Shown piece after piece: positions 37,071-47,492 of a DNA stretch of 64,000 bases. A program made the position numbers and the translations under genes. Under the pieces are notes generated by a model. The model made no database searches and was not told where the DNA came from. It saw nothing but the letters and a program-made list of their open reading frames with translations. How positions within the stretch are numbered: the first letter of the stretch is position 1; each line of letters starts with the position of its first letter. Origin of the DNA: Gammaproteobacteria bacterium (GTDB taxonomy: Bacteria; Pseudomonadota; Gammaproteobacteria; Eutrophobiales; Eutrophobiaceae); the NCBI GenBank assembly GCA_965243205.1, contig CBDEUK010000002.1, positions 64,001-128,000 of the forward strand. Direction: 5' to 3'.

Positions 37071-37430
37071 ATGAAAATAACTATTAATAAAATTATTATA
37101 TCCATGCTTATCTTTCTGTATACAAATTTTTGTTTTTCAATTGAATCTCCCAATGAATATCCAACCAGTTGCCAAGAAGCGATTGACTTAGTGGTAGAAA
37201 ACATTGATGAAGAAAGTAAAAAGCTTCTGCTTTCTATCGAAAAAGAAGAACTGCAATCCAGACGTTTTATTACAGGTTGGGGTAAAGGAATACGTGATGG
37301 ATTTGGCTTAACAGAAGGAAATTTTGAGTTGATGGAATCTTGTCAGGCTTTACGAGAAGATGCTGCTTTTCATCCAATTAATATTTCTGGAATCATCATG
37401 GAAGAAGTCTGGCAGGCTCTAAGAAAATAA
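37071..37430 (+). CDS. Exported hypothetical protein
   Basis: Signal peptide; YPTSCQEAI..GWGKGIRDGFGL..HPINISGII. Confidence 0.65.
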   Translation: MKITINKIIISMLIFLYTNFCFSIESPNEYPTSCQEAIDLVVENIDEESKKLLLSIEKEELQSRRFITGWGKGIRDGFGLTEGNFELMESCQALREDAAFHPINISGIIMEEVWQALRK

Positions 37431-37707
37431 TTATTAATCATTATTTTAGTGGCGGGAATAACTTCTTAAAATCATAAATAGTTTGGGTTTTTTTCCCAGC
37501 CGTATTGAGGTAAAACTTACCTTATTACTTGATCCAAATACTCCTATTCTTCAAAACTGCAAAAGCCTTCGGGTTATCTTCTTAAAGATTCAACCATATA
37601 GCTTAAATGCTAGATGTTAAATCAGAAAGAAGCTTTGCAAACCTTACGTAAATATTTCTAGAAATATTTGTACATAACATAACAATAGTAACTGGAGGGT
37701 AGTTGAT

Positions 37708-39669
37708 ATGTTTAATCACTCATATCTGCACCGGATTGCTGCAACAGCTTTAACCGCAGCACTATGTTTAACCGGCGCAAACGCTGGGGCGGTAACTGCA
37801 TCTGAAGAGATTGATGCACGCGCGGAAAACCCCAATCTTTGGCCAGCTCCTGGTCGAGATAATCAATTAACACGCTATAGTAAGTTGGATCAAATCAACA
37901 CAGCTAATGTTAAACGACTTAACTATGCATGGAGCCAATCAACCGGTTCTCTACGTGGTCATGAAGGCCAGCCTGTAGTGGTTGAAGTTGATGGAACACC
38001 AATGATGTATTTTTCAAGTAGTTGGCCAAACATCATTCAAGCTTTAGATTTAACCGATCCTGATAATCCAAAGCAAATTTGGAACTATGAAAAACAAACT
38101 GACCGTGATGAAACTGCAGTACCTCGTGCTTGTTGTGACGTTGTACACCGTGGTGTTAACTATGCAAAAGGCATGGTTATCTTCCATACATTAGATGGAT
38201 TCATCATTGCATTGGATGCAAAAACCGGTGAAGAAAAATGGGTAACCAAACATGCTTATCCGCCTAAAGGTGAAACTCATACTGGTCCTACCATTATTGC
38301 TGAAGACTTAGTCATTGGTGGTTTCGGTGGTGATGAGTTCGCTGCGCGTGGTCGTATGGTTGCTTATGACATTAATACTGGTAAAGAAGTATGGAAATGT
38401 CATTCAACTGGTTCTGATGATGATGTTTGTATGTCTAAAAACACCAACAAAGCGAATCCACACTTTGGTACATACGGTAAAAACCTAGGTATCAACTCTT
38501 ACCCTGAAGGTGAGTGGAAAATCGGTGGTGGTGCTCAATGGGCATGGTTATCTTATGATCCAAAACTAAAAATCGTTTACGCTTCAACTGGTAACCCAGG
38601 TCACTGGAGTCCTTCTTACCGTTGTGGTTACACTGGCGATGATCTTACTCATGAAAAGTGTAACGATGGTAAATACGACAACAAATGGTCAATGACCACA
38701 TTTGCTCGTAAAGTTGATACTGGTGAAGTTGTTTGGGCTTATCAAATGACTCCATTTGATCAATGGGACTATGATGGTGTAAACGAAAACATCTTAGTTG
38801 AAATGGAAATCGATGGTGAGAAAAACCGTCCTGTTCTAGTTCACTTCGACCGTAATGGTTTCGTATATGTTCATGACCGTCGTGATGGTACTTTATTACG
38901 TGCTCACAAATTTGTGACCGTAAACTGGGCTGAGAAAGTTGATCTTAAAACAGGTCGTCCTGTTAAAGTGAAAAAACACTCTCCTTTCGCAGTAGGTGTT
39001 AACACTCAAGCTTGTCCATCTGCTATGGGTGGTAAAGACCAACAACCATGTTCAGTCGATCCTAATGAATCTCATATGTTCTACTGCCCAACTAACAACT
39101 GGTGTATGGAAGACGAACCTCAAAAACGTACTCATACCCAACAAGGTACTGTTTATGTTTTTGCAAACGTTTACATGTATCCTGAAGTTCCAGGTATTAC
39201 CGGTAAGATCAAAAAGTTTGATGTTCGTACTGGTAAAACAGCTTGGGAAATTCCTGACCCATATCCAAACTGGGGTGGAACTATGGTCACAGATGGTGGC
39301 TTAATGTTCTACGGTAGTAAAAGTGGACACTTCCGAGCTGTTGACCGTAATACCGGTAAAGTTGTTTGGCAGCGTAAATTAGGTTCAGGCATCATCGGTA
39401 ATCCTATTACATGGAGTGTTGAAGGTAAGCAATACATTTCAATCTTTGCTGGTTTAGGTGGTTGGATTGGCTTACCAGTAACTGCTGGCCTTGATATGGA
39501 TGATAAATATGGTGCTATTGGTGCTACTGCTATGGCGAAAGCTACCGGGTTAAATAAGATCCCTCAAGGTGGTGAGTTATATACTTTTCGTTTGTTTTCT
39601 CCAAATGAAGGTTTAACAAATGTGCCTCAGCCAGTAATGCCTGATGAAGCACAAGTAGTATCACAATAA
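37708..39669 (+). CDS. xoxF: PQQ-dependent methanol/ethanol-family dehydrogenase, lanthanide-dependent type (XoxF-like; clade not determined)
   Basis: Signal peptide, GHEGQP, vicinal ACCDVVHRG, TGNP, WDYDGVNE (DxD with the extra lanthanide-binding Asp), HFDRNGF; GGAGG RBS and strongly biased codons. Confidence 0.82.
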   Translation: MFNHSYLHRIAATALTAALCLTGANAGAVTASEEIDARAENPNLWPAPGRDNQLTRYSKLDQINTANVKRLNYAWSQSTGSLRGHEGQPVVVEVDGTPMMYFSSSWPNIIQALDLTDPDNPKQIWNYEKQTDRDETAVPRACCDVVHRGVNYAKGMVIFHTLDGFIIALDAKTGEEKWVTKHAYPPKGETHTGPTIIAEDLVIGGFGGDEFAARGRMVAYDINTGKEVWKCHSTGSDDDVCMSKNTNKANPHFGTYGKNLGINSYPEGEWKIGGGAQWAWLSYDPKLKIVYASTGNPGHWSPSYRCGYTGDDLTHEKCNDGKYDNKWSMTTFARKVDTGEVVWAYQMTPFDQWDYDGVNENILVEMEIDGEKNRPVLVHFDRNGFVYVHDRRDGTLLRAHKFVTVNWAEKVDLKTGRPVKVKKHSPFAVGVNTQACPSAMGGKDQQPCSVDPNESHMFYCPTNNWCMEDEPQKRTHTQQGTVYVFANVYMYPEVPGITGKIKKFDVRTGKTAWEIPDPYPNWGGTMVTDGGLMFYGSKSGHFRAVDRNTGKVVWQRKLGSGIIGNPITWSVEGKQYISIFAGLGGWIGLPVTAGLDMDDKYGAIGATAMAKATGLNKIPQGGELYTFRLFSPNEGLTNVPQPVMPDEAQVVSQ

Positions 39670-39693
39670 AACTAATTTAATTAGTTAATTGTA

Positions 39694-39723
39694 AATGGTC
39701 GGCGCCTTTTGGCGCCGGCCATT
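39694..39723 (+). terminator. Hairpin after the dehydrogenase gene
   Basis: AATGGTCGGCGCC-tttt-GGCGCCGGCCATT. Confidence 0.65.
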
Positions 39724-39758
39724 CTTCGTTTGTAGAATTAGAAAGGGGTAGGTGTGCT

Positions 39759-41576
39759 ATGCAAACAGATTTAATAAAAAAAATAATTATAATCTCTCTT
39801 TGTATTTGTTTTTCATTATCTATTGAAGCACGTAATCGTGAATTCAATTCATATCGTTATCAAAAAAACTTTGATGAATTAACTCAAGCAGAACATACAA
39901 AAGCCAAGCGAACTGCAGCTACGGCTGACATTCGTCCATTAATAGCCTGTGCCGATCCAGGTAACATGCCAATGTCGAATATGAAAGAAGAAGGTTATGA
40001 TAATCAGATCATAAAATTGTTGGCTGAATCTATGGGGACTACTGTTTCATTTTTTTGGCGTCCATATTTAGAACGTGGATTGAATCGAGAAACATTTGAT
40101 AACAAAGAATGTGATTTATTGTTAGGGATGCCTCATGGCTATAATCAATTATTAACTACCGATCCGATATATAGAAGTACTTATGTTTTTGCCTACCGTG
40201 AAGATAAAAATTACAAAATAGAAAGTTTAGATGAACCGATTCTTTCTGACTTAACGATTGGAACTTATCAGCATTCAGGACTTCGTGAAGCATTAAGCCG
40301 ATACGGTCATACAAACAATATTGAAGTGCACGTCATACGACAAGACACAGATCTAGTTCCAGAGACACAACAATGGCGTCAAGTGCAAAAAGTAGCTGAT
40401 GGTAATCTTGATATAGCAGGTGTTTGGGGGCCATTTGCAGGCTATGTCAAAACAGTTAAAAAAGAGCCATTAGTGATTCAACCTGTGAATATGATGGAAG
40501 ATAAAACACCTTTAGAATTTTCTTTATCAATTGGAATGCGTGAGAAGGATGTTATATTAAAATACGCATTGGATCTGGCAATAGAAAAAAATGCTGAAAA
40601 AATTGAAGAAATTCTTAAAGGATTTGGCGTGCCTTTGGTTTCATGTAGTGATTGTTTTATTCAAGGTGATATTCCTTCACATGGCTCTTATTATGAACGT
40701 TTTCTAGCAGAAGCTAAGTCTCGTTATTTAGAACCTATAGAAGAAGATTTAAAAACATTGGATGAAAGTAAAGCCAGCGCTGATCAAGTTGTTACAGAGG
40801 AACGTATAGAAAATTGGTTAGAAGAGGGTGCTGATGTTAATGATGAATTGGCTAATGCGGTTTTAGCAGGTGACCCAAAAAGAATTAAATTTGTTCTCGA
40901 CCATGGGGCGAATATTAATCATATTAATGCACAGGGCTATGGCTTATTGCATGAAGCTGCGCGGTATCGAGATTCAGAAACATTGCAATTGTTACTAGAC
41001 CTTGGAGCTAACCCTGATATTCAAGACATTAATGGTTGGACACCACTTATTCATGCAGCTTATAGAAACCATGTTCCTTCGATTGAGATATTAGTGAATA
41101 AAAATGCAAATCTTGAGCTAACAACAAAAAATAATTATACGGCTTTAGCAATTGCTTTAGGTGAGCGAAAATTTTGGGCAACACGTGCCTTAGTTGAAGC
41201 TGGAGCAAATGTTAATGCACTAATTGGTGATAAAAATATGACACCATTAATGATTGCAGCGATTCATCACAAATCAAAAGATCGAGAAAAAAATATCATT
41301 GAGGGTACTGAGCCTATTGATATTGCTAAATTACTACTTGAACATGGCGCTAAGATAGATGCGCAAACTACGCATGGGGAAACTCCCGTTATGTTTGCTG
41401 CTGCACATGATAATTCACCAATCATCGCTTTTTTAGTTGAGAATGGTGCTGATTTATTAATTAAATCAAATTCGGGTGAGACTGCTTTAGATGTTGCAAA
41501 AGAAAATCGTAGTGATGGAGCTATTAAATCCTTGGAATTGTTTATGAGTTTAAACAAAACCAAGAGTAAAACTTAA
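39759..41576 (+). CDS. XoxJ/MxaJ-like periplasmic binding protein fused to ankyrin repeats
   Basis: CADPGNMPMSN, YRSTYVFAY, WGPFAGY, FGVPLV in the N-terminal half; GYGLLHEAA, GWTPLIHAA, MTPLMIAA, GETPVMFAA, GETALDVA ankyrin repeats. Confidence 0.85.
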   Translation: MQTDLIKKIIIISLCICFSLSIEARNREFNSYRYQKNFDELTQAEHTKAKRTAATADIRPLIACADPGNMPMSNMKEEGYDNQIIKLLAESMGTTVSFFWRPYLERGLNRETFDNKECDLLLGMPHGYNQLLTTDPIYRSTYVFAYREDKNYKIESLDEPILSDLTIGTYQHSGLREALSRYGHTNNIEVHVIRQDTDLVPETQQWRQVQKVADGNLDIAGVWGPFAGYVKTVKKEPLVIQPVNMMEDKTPLEFSLSIGMREKDVILKYALDLAIEKNAEKIEEILKGFGVPLVSCSDCFIQGDIPSHGSYYERFLAEAKSRYLEPIEEDLKTLDESKASADQVVTEERIENWLEEGADVNDELANAVLAGDPKRIKFVLDHGANINHINAQGYGLLHEAARYRDSETLQLLLDLGANPDIQDINGWTPLIHAAYRNHVPSIEILVNKNANLELTTKNNYTALAIALGERKFWATRALVEAGANVNALIGDKNMTPLMIAAIHHKSKDREKNIIEGTEPIDIAKLLLEHGAKIDAQTTHGETPVMFAAAHDNSPIIAFLVENGADLLIKSNSGETALDVAKENRSDGAIKSLELFMSLNKTKSKT

Positions 41577-42778
41577 TGAGATTAAGGTTTAATTCTCTAC
41601 TCATCTTAATTAGTTTCTTCTTTTTCAGTGGATTTATAATATCCGCTGAAAAAGAAGCTGTTTCTCATACGATAGTTTATTTGGGAAAGAAGTATGAGGA
41701 ACCACCACCGTTATCGTTATTGGAAAAGATATTAATCGATGAAGGTGTTCAAGGCTCTCGTCTTGCTTTAAAAAATACAAACTTAACTGGGCGTTTGCTC
41801 AATACTGAATTTAATCTAATTGAGAAAAAATTAGAACTTAATGAGTCACCTAAAGATGCATTCATCAATTTCATTAACTCTGGCTACAAATATTTTATCC
41901 TTGATCTAAATGCTGAGGATATATTAGGGATAACATCTTTAAATGAATCACAAGATACAATTTTAATTAATGTTAAGGCGGAAGACGATTATTTAAGAGT
42001 ATCTGAATGCAATTCTAGTTTGTTTCATGTGATACCTAGCCGAGCTATGCGTACTGATGCCTTGGCGCAATATTTAATTTGGAAAAAATGGCGATTATGG
42101 TTTTTAGTCAGTGGTAAGTATTCATCTGACGCGGCCTATGTTAATGCAGTTAAACGTTCTGCTAAACGTTTTGGAGGAAAAATTGTTGAAGAACGTTCAT
42201 ATAAACTTGAAACAGGAAATAATCGCGTAGACAGCGGCCACCAACAAATACAAACTCAAATGCCAATGTTAACTCGTAATGCGAAGAAACATGATGTTGT
42301 GTTTGTGGCGGACGAGAACGAATCTTTTGGTCTTTATTTGCCTTATAGGACAGCAGAACCAAGACCTGTTGTTGGAACTTATGGTTTAGTTGCAACAGCT
42401 TGGCATCGTTCTTATGAACAATATGCAGGCACACAGATGCAAAACTCTTTTGAAGAATTTTCTGGAAGGATTATGACTGAAAAAGATTATATGGGATGGC
42501 TAGCTTTAAAGATTATTGGAAAAGCTGTTATGCAATCGAAATCTTCAGATATTAAATCGCTTAAAGATTACATGATATCGGAAAAATTAAGTTTGGCAGC
42601 ATACAAAGGTAGGCCATTAACATTTCGCCGTTGGAATCAACAAATGCGTCAACCATTACTCATATCAAGTGATAGAGCATTAGTTACAATGGCACCTTTA
42701 GATGAATTTTTGCATCCAAAATATTATACGGACACGCTTGGTTTTGATGAAAAAGATTCAGAATGTAAATTAAATTAA
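41576..42778 (+). CDS. PQQ-system ABC substrate-binding protein (PedA1-like)
   Basis: PSRAMRTDALAQYL, AYKGRPLTFRRWNQQMRQP, DTLGFD..SEC motifs. Confidence 0.85.
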   Translation: MRLRFNSLLILISFFFFSGFIISAEKEAVSHTIVYLGKKYEEPPPLSLLEKILIDEGVQGSRLALKNTNLTGRLLNTEFNLIEKKLELNESPKDAFINFINSGYKYFILDLNAEDILGITSLNESQDTILINVKAEDDYLRVSECNSSLFHVIPSRAMRTDALAQYLIWKKWRLWFLVSGKYSSDAAYVNAVKRSAKRFGGKIVEERSYKLETGNNRVDSGHQQIQTQMPMLTRNAKKHDVVFVADENESFGLYLPYRTAEPRPVVGTYGLVATAWHRSYEQYAGTQMQNSFEEFSGRIMTEKDYMGWLALKIIGKAVMQSKSSDIKSLKDYMISEKLSLAAYKGRPLTFRRWNQQMRQPLLISSDRALVTMAPLDEFLHPKYYTDTLGFDEKDSECKLN

Positions 42779-42800
42779 TTTAGTTTAAAAAATTATAATT

Positions 42801-43769
42801 ATGAAAATATTAATAAAAAATAAAATCGTAATTTCATTATTGCTCTTTAGTAGTCAATTAACGGCAGGTACCTTATTTGTTTCTAATGAACGCGACAATA
42901 CAGTTACTGTTGTCGATAGTGATACTTATGAAATTATTAAAACTATTAAAACTGGACGAAGACCACGTGGTTTAATTTCTTCTCCAGATGGTAAAGAGAT
43001 TTTTGTTTGTGTTGGGGATGACCATAGGATTGATGTAATTGATGTTGCTACGTTAGAAATCTCAAGAGAACTGAGTTCAGGACCTGATCCTGAATTATTA
43101 GATGTTGATCCTGTAGGAAATCGTATTTATATAGCAAACGAAGATGATGCTATGGTTACCGTTTTGTCTATAAAAGATAATGAAATGTTAGCAGAGATCC
43201 CGGTTGGGGTTGAGCCTGAAGGTATGCGCGTCCATCCAAATAATAAATTAACCGTAGCGACATCAGAAGAAACCAGCATGGCGCACTTTATTGATACCGA
43301 ATCATTAGAGCTAAAGGCAAATATACTTGTCGATACGCGTCCTCGACATGCTGAATATACTAAAGATGGTAAACAAGTATGGGTTTCTTCAGAAATTGGT
43401 GGCACGGTTTCAATTATAGATATAGAACAACAAGCCATTGTTCATAAAATCATATTTGAAATAGATGGTGTGCGCTCTGAATTAATTCAGCCTATTGGTA
43501 TGCGCATGTCGAAAGACGGCAGTATGGCATTTGTTGCCTTAGGGCCAGCGAATCGTATTGCCGTTGTTGATACCAATAGCTACGAAGTTAAAAAATATAT
43601 TCTAGTTGGCCAAAGACCTTGGCATATAGAAATTAACCCTGATGGTAAATCACTCTATGTTGCGAATGGACTTACCAATGATATGACTATTATTGATCTA
43701 GAGTCACTTAAAGCGAAAAAATCAGTACCCGTAGGACGATTGCCTTGGGGTATTGCTTACGTGGATTAA
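42801..43769 (+). CDS. PQQ-catabolism-associated YVTN beta-propeller protein (PedA2-like)
   Basis: FVSNERDNTVTV, SGPDPE, VGVEPEGM, YVANGLTND, VGRLPWG repeats. Confidence 0.88.
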   Translation: MKILIKNKIVISLLLFSSQLTAGTLFVSNERDNTVTVVDSDTYEIIKTIKTGRRPRGLISSPDGKEIFVCVGDDHRIDVIDVATLEISRELSSGPDPELLDVDPVGNRIYIANEDDAMVTVLSIKDNEMLAEIPVGVEPEGMRVHPNNKLTVATSEETSMAHFIDTESLELKANILVDTRPRHAEYTKDGKQVWVSSEIGGTVSIIDIEQQAIVHKIIFEIDGVRSELIQPIGMRMSKDGSMAFVALGPANRIAVVDTNSYEVKKYILVGQRPWHIEINPDGKSLYVANGLTNDMTIIDLESLKAKKSVPVGRLPWGIAYVD

Positions 43770-44086
43770 TGAATATTAGTTTTAAAATTAGTATTTCTAT
43801 TTTTTTATTGATTGTATCTTTTAAACTTATATCAGAAACCAACCCTTGGTCTTAGCCGATATGGAAAATCCCACCTTTACCGACTAATCCAAATGCAGAA
43901 TTTGATAGCCATGATCCTTATGGGTTAAGTGTTGGTTTGTATATAAAAACCGATTGTTCTATACGTTTTGTTTGGCATGGAGATAACAAAATTTATTGTT
44001 TTAATAGTTTAACATCGAAATCATTTTTTATAGATAATCCTAAAAAGTATATTGATAGTTCTAATGCATTCTTAAATTCTCAATAG
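43769..44086 (+). pseudogene. Exported YHS-like protein gene interrupted by one in-frame TAG (43853-43855)
   Basis: ATG overlaps the upstream stop; signal peptide, TAG at codon 29, then the same frame continues EFDSHDPYGL..TDCSI..DNKIYCFNSLTSKSFFIDNPKKYI. Confidence 0.65.
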
Positions 44087-44245
44087 CAATTATTGCTAAA
44101 TAAAGATTATGAATTTTTCACAGTTGACCAGGGAAAAAAACATAAAACATTTATTATTTACTCATAAATCAATATTTAACGAATTATTGTAGTATCGCTC
44201 TTGTCATAAAAAGACGATATGTAAAATAATATATTGAGGTGAACA

Positions 44246-44788
44246 ATGAAGTCGAATAATTCGTTGAGTAATAGTTTTATAAAAATATTTATCGCTTGCT
44301 TTTTACTCGTTCCTTTTTCTATCAATGCTTCTAGTGCAGAAAACACTGAAGCAGAAGCAAAATCTTCTGACTCTTCGAGCGTTGATATTCTGTCAATGAC
44401 ACCTGCAGAAGTAGTTGAAAAAATTCCACAAGGAGAAATCAAAAGCCCTTTCGTGCCGACAGATGCAAAAGTAGCTGAAGAGGGTCATACAGTATTTATG
44501 GAAACAAGTTGTAACGGTTGTCATGGTGGTACTGGTGGCGGTGGCATGGGACCTCCATTATCAAATCAAAGATGGGTATATGGAAATGATGTTGATACTT
44601 TATTCCGTCTTATTACTTTGGGTACTATTGAATTACAAGCAAAAGGTTATACCCGTAAAGCACGTGAAAATGTTCGAGCGCCTATGCCAGCACAAGCTTC
44701 TGGTGCAATTGTAATCGAAAGTCTTACCACTGAAAGAATCTTGAAAATCATTAATTGGATTCAATCACTACACGTTGATAAAAAATAA
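44246..44788 (+). CDS. c-type cytochrome (XoxG/cytochrome cL-like electron acceptor)
   Basis: Signal peptide, CNGCH heme motif, GGGGMGPPL, WVYG..D..LF, distal PMP. Confidence 0.88.
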   Translation: MKSNNSLSNSFIKIFIACFLLVPFSINASSAENTEAEAKSSDSSSVDILSMTPAEVVEKIPQGEIKSPFVPTDAKVAEEGHTVFMETSCNGCHGGTGGGGMGPPLSNQRWVYGNDVDTLFRLITLGTIELQAKGYTRKARENVRAPMPAQASGAIVIESLTTERILKIINWIQSLHVDKK

Positions 44789-44801
44789 TAATTAAAAAAT
44801 A

Positions 44802-44833
44802 AGCGTCTTAGTTTTATATAAAATTAAGACGCT
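44802..44833 (+). terminator. Hairpin after cytochrome c
   Basis: AGCGTCTTA...TAAGACGCT inverted repeat. Confidence 0.55.
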
Positions 44834-44926
44834 CTAATTTATAAGAACTATCTTGGAGGAGTGTTTATGAGATGTCTAATACTCTTTCTAATTTCTCCAT
44901 GAATTATAACTATAACGGTAGTATTT

Positions 44927-45754
44927 ATGTTTTATATATTCTTAAAAAAACAATATGAATTTTCACATTTATTTTTAACATGTTTAATTTTCATTTCGTC
45001 AGTTATGCCAATCAAATTAATTGCTAACGATAATATAGAAATCATTTACTATGGCCATCGTGATGAAATGGCATTTATAGGGCTAGGGCAGGGCTTAGAA
45101 GATAGCAGTGAAAAACATGGGGGTTTAAAATTTAGACTGAACACTGAATTAGAAAACTTTCGACCTTATAAAGATCCGAAAGTCGATGCACTGTTTGTTT
45201 CAATGGGTGTTGAGGCGATTCGAATATTAAGTATGTTGAATCCTCAAATACCAATTTTTAATTTGGTTGACGATTCAGAAGAAATTAGAAGCATGTGCTT
45301 ACCTAATGTTTTTCATTTGCTGCCTTCAAAAAGCATGAGAGGGAAAGCTATTTCTGAATGGAAACAGAAAAATTCAGATGAATCTAATACTTCATTAGAT
45401 GCTAAAGCATGGGATCCTACTTTTAATGACGGTAAAGCCTATGTTCTCAATATTAAATTTAAAGAAAAACGTTCTATTGAATTATCTGAGCAAGGCTGGG
45501 CTGGATGGGTTGCTGCAACGGCGCTTTCTGATGCACTAGTAAAATCTAAAAAAGACAATTCAAATATCATTGATATTCTGAAAAATGATTTCAATATAAA
45601 CGTTTATAAAGGTATTGATTCCCACTTTGGCAAAGATGGTCAATTAAAACAAATTGTTCTTATAAAAAATGAAGAAAAGGTAGTCGGTCAAATACCAGTT
45701 AAAGATAGTGGAAAAGATACATTAGATTCTATTGTTGAAACATATTGTCAGTAA
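44927..45754 (+). CDS. Second, shorter PQQ-system periplasmic binding-like protein
   Basis: CLPNVFHLLPSKSMR, AWDP, WAGWVA, YKG..F..DGQLKQ resemble the PedA1-like protein at 41576. Confidence 0.65.
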   Translation: MFYIFLKKQYEFSHLFLTCLIFISSVMPIKLIANDNIEIIYYGHRDEMAFIGLGQGLEDSSEKHGGLKFRLNTELENFRPYKDPKVDALFVSMGVEAIRILSMLNPQIPIFNLVDDSEEIRSMCLPNVFHLLPSKSMRGKAISEWKQKNSDESNTSLDAKAWDPTFNDGKAYVLNIKFKEKRSIELSEQGWAGWVAATALSDALVKSKKDNSNIIDILKNDFNINVYKGIDSHFGKDGQLKQIVLIKNEEKVVGQIPVKDSGKDTLDSIVETYCQ

Positions 45755-45756
45755 TT

Positions 45757-46737
45757 ATGTTTCGTTTGTATTCAGGCAAAACACCAAGACCATTTTTTAT
45801 TATTCTGATGATATTGGCGCCTGTTATTTCAGCCGCTGATGATTTTAGAGTTGCAGTATTACAGTTTGGTACTGTTAGCTGGGAGATGGATGTTATAAAA
45901 CATCATGGCCTGGATAAAAAACATAATTTTAATTTAGAAATTGTATCCTTAGGCTCTGCGAATGCGGTTAATGTGCGTTTGCAAAGTAAGGATGTTGACG
46001 CAGTTGTTGGTGACTGGATCTGGGTATCTCGACAAAGAGATATGGGTAATAATTATACATCCTTTCCTTATTCATTAGCGGCTGGAGAAGTAATAGTCAA
46101 TCCAGAATTAAATATTTCTACTTTAGAAGATTTGAATAATAAAAAAATAGGTGTTGCTGGTGGCCCAACAAATAAAAATTGGCTGATATATAAAGCATAT
46201 ACACATAAAAAATTTGGTATAAATTATCAAGAATTATTAGAAATATCATTTGCAGCTCCACCTTTATTAAACAAATTATTTCTGAAAGGTGATTTTTCAG
46301 CAGTTATAAATTTTTGGCATTATGCAGCTAAGTTAAAACATTTAGGAATGGTAAAGCTTATTAGCATAAAAGAAATGTTGACCGAGCTTGAAGTAAATGA
46401 ATCTACACCATTATTAGCTTGGGTGTTCCCTGAAAATAAAAATATTGAATTGATTAATAGTTTTTTATCCGCATCATTTGAAGCAAAAAAAATATTAAAA
46501 ACTTCAGATAACGAATGGAATCGTATCAAAAATTTGCTCCATGTTAAGAACGAAGGTGAATTGATATTGTTACGTGATTATTATCGAGAATCAATTCCAG
46601 ACAGTTTTGGAGAATCAGAAATAGTATCTGCTAAAAAATTGTATGAAATATTGAAAGAATATGGAGGCAGTGATTTTGGTAGAAGTTCAAAGGAATTGAA
46701 TCAAGGTACATTTTATACAGAGTACACGATACTTTAA
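45757..46737 (+). CDS. NitT/TauT-family ABC substrate-binding protein (LutA-like context)
   Basis: VLQFGTVSWEMDVIK, DWIWVSRQR, AGGP..KNW, APPLL, NFWHY. Confidence 0.82.
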   Translation: MFRLYSGKTPRPFFIILMILAPVISAADDFRVAVLQFGTVSWEMDVIKHHGLDKKHNFNLEIVSLGSANAVNVRLQSKDVDAVVGDWIWVSRQRDMGNNYTSFPYSLAAGEVIVNPELNISTLEDLNNKKIGVAGGPTNKNWLIYKAYTHKKFGINYQELLEISFAAPPLLNKLFLKGDFSAVINFWHYAAKLKHLGMVKLISIKEMLTELEVNESTPLLAWVFPENKNIELINSFLSASFEAKKILKTSDNEWNRIKNLLHVKNEGELILLRDYYRESIPDSFGESEIVSAKKLYEILKEYGGSDFGRSSKELNQGTFYTEYTIL

Positions 46738-46751
46738 TGACGTCATAAATA

Positions 46752-47492
46752 ATGAATGCTGATTCACTATTAAAAATCGGATCTATTATTTTCTTTATTA
46801 TTTTATGGCAAATAATATCGTTAATACTAAAAAATGATTTATTGCCTTCACCAACTATTGTTTTCAATAGCCTATTTATACATATAACTCAGAATGATCT
46901 AGTTAATCAATTATTGATCACACTGCGCAGAGTGTTTGTTAGTTTTATGATTGCAATGGTTTTTGGAGTTGCAATAGGAATAATGATGGGAAAGTACCGC
47001 TATATAAATTCTTTTTTGGATAGCTTGCTTACGTTGGCATTAAATATTCCGGCTTTAGTAACAATCATATTATTGTATGTATGGCTAGGTTTAACTGAAT
47101 ATGCAGCGATTCTAGCTGTAGTTGTTAATAAACTACCAACAGTTATTGTTACGATTAGAGAAGGTGCACGTTCTGTTGATAACAAATTATTACAAGTAGG
47201 CGAGGCTTTTCGAATTTCGCCTTTTACTCGACTTTTTAAATTATACTTTCCTCAACTTTATCCATATATATTTGCTGCGGCTAGAAATGGTTTGTCATTA
47301 ATTTGGAAAATTGTATTAGTAGTTGAGTTGTTAGGGCAAAGTAATGGTGTTGGGTTTAAATTGGGCACCTTTTTTCAGTTTTTTGATATTACTAGTATTC
47401 TCGCTTATACCATTGCTTTTGCCTCTGTCATTCTGTTATTTGAGTTAGTGTTAGTTCAGCCATTAGAAAGACGTTTAAATAGGTGGCGATAA
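46752..47492 (+). CDS. NitT/TauT-family ABC permease
   Basis: LPSP, multiple TM helices, EAA-like loop, WKIVLVVELLG. Confidence 0.88.
   Translation: MNADSLLKIGSIIFFIILWQIISLILKNDLLPSPTIVFNSLFIHITQNDLVNQLLITLRRVFVSFMIAMVFGVAIGIMMGKYRYINSFLDSLLTLALNIPALVTIILLYVWLGLTEYAAILAVVVNKLPTVIVTIREGARSVDNKLLQVGEAFRISPFTRLFKLYFPQLYPYIFAAARNGLSLIWKIVLVVELLGQSNGVGFKLGTFFQFFDITSILAYTIAFASVILLFELVLVQPLERRLNRWR

Noticed and set aside
37708-39669. Calling the dehydrogenase MxaF
   Set aside because: It has WDYDG (Asp) rather than the Ala of MxaF at that position, and no mxaI is adjacent.
43853-43855. Pyrrolysine recoding of the in-frame TAG
   Set aside because: No pyl genes in the window, TAG ends other genes here, and the same ORF terminates in TAG.
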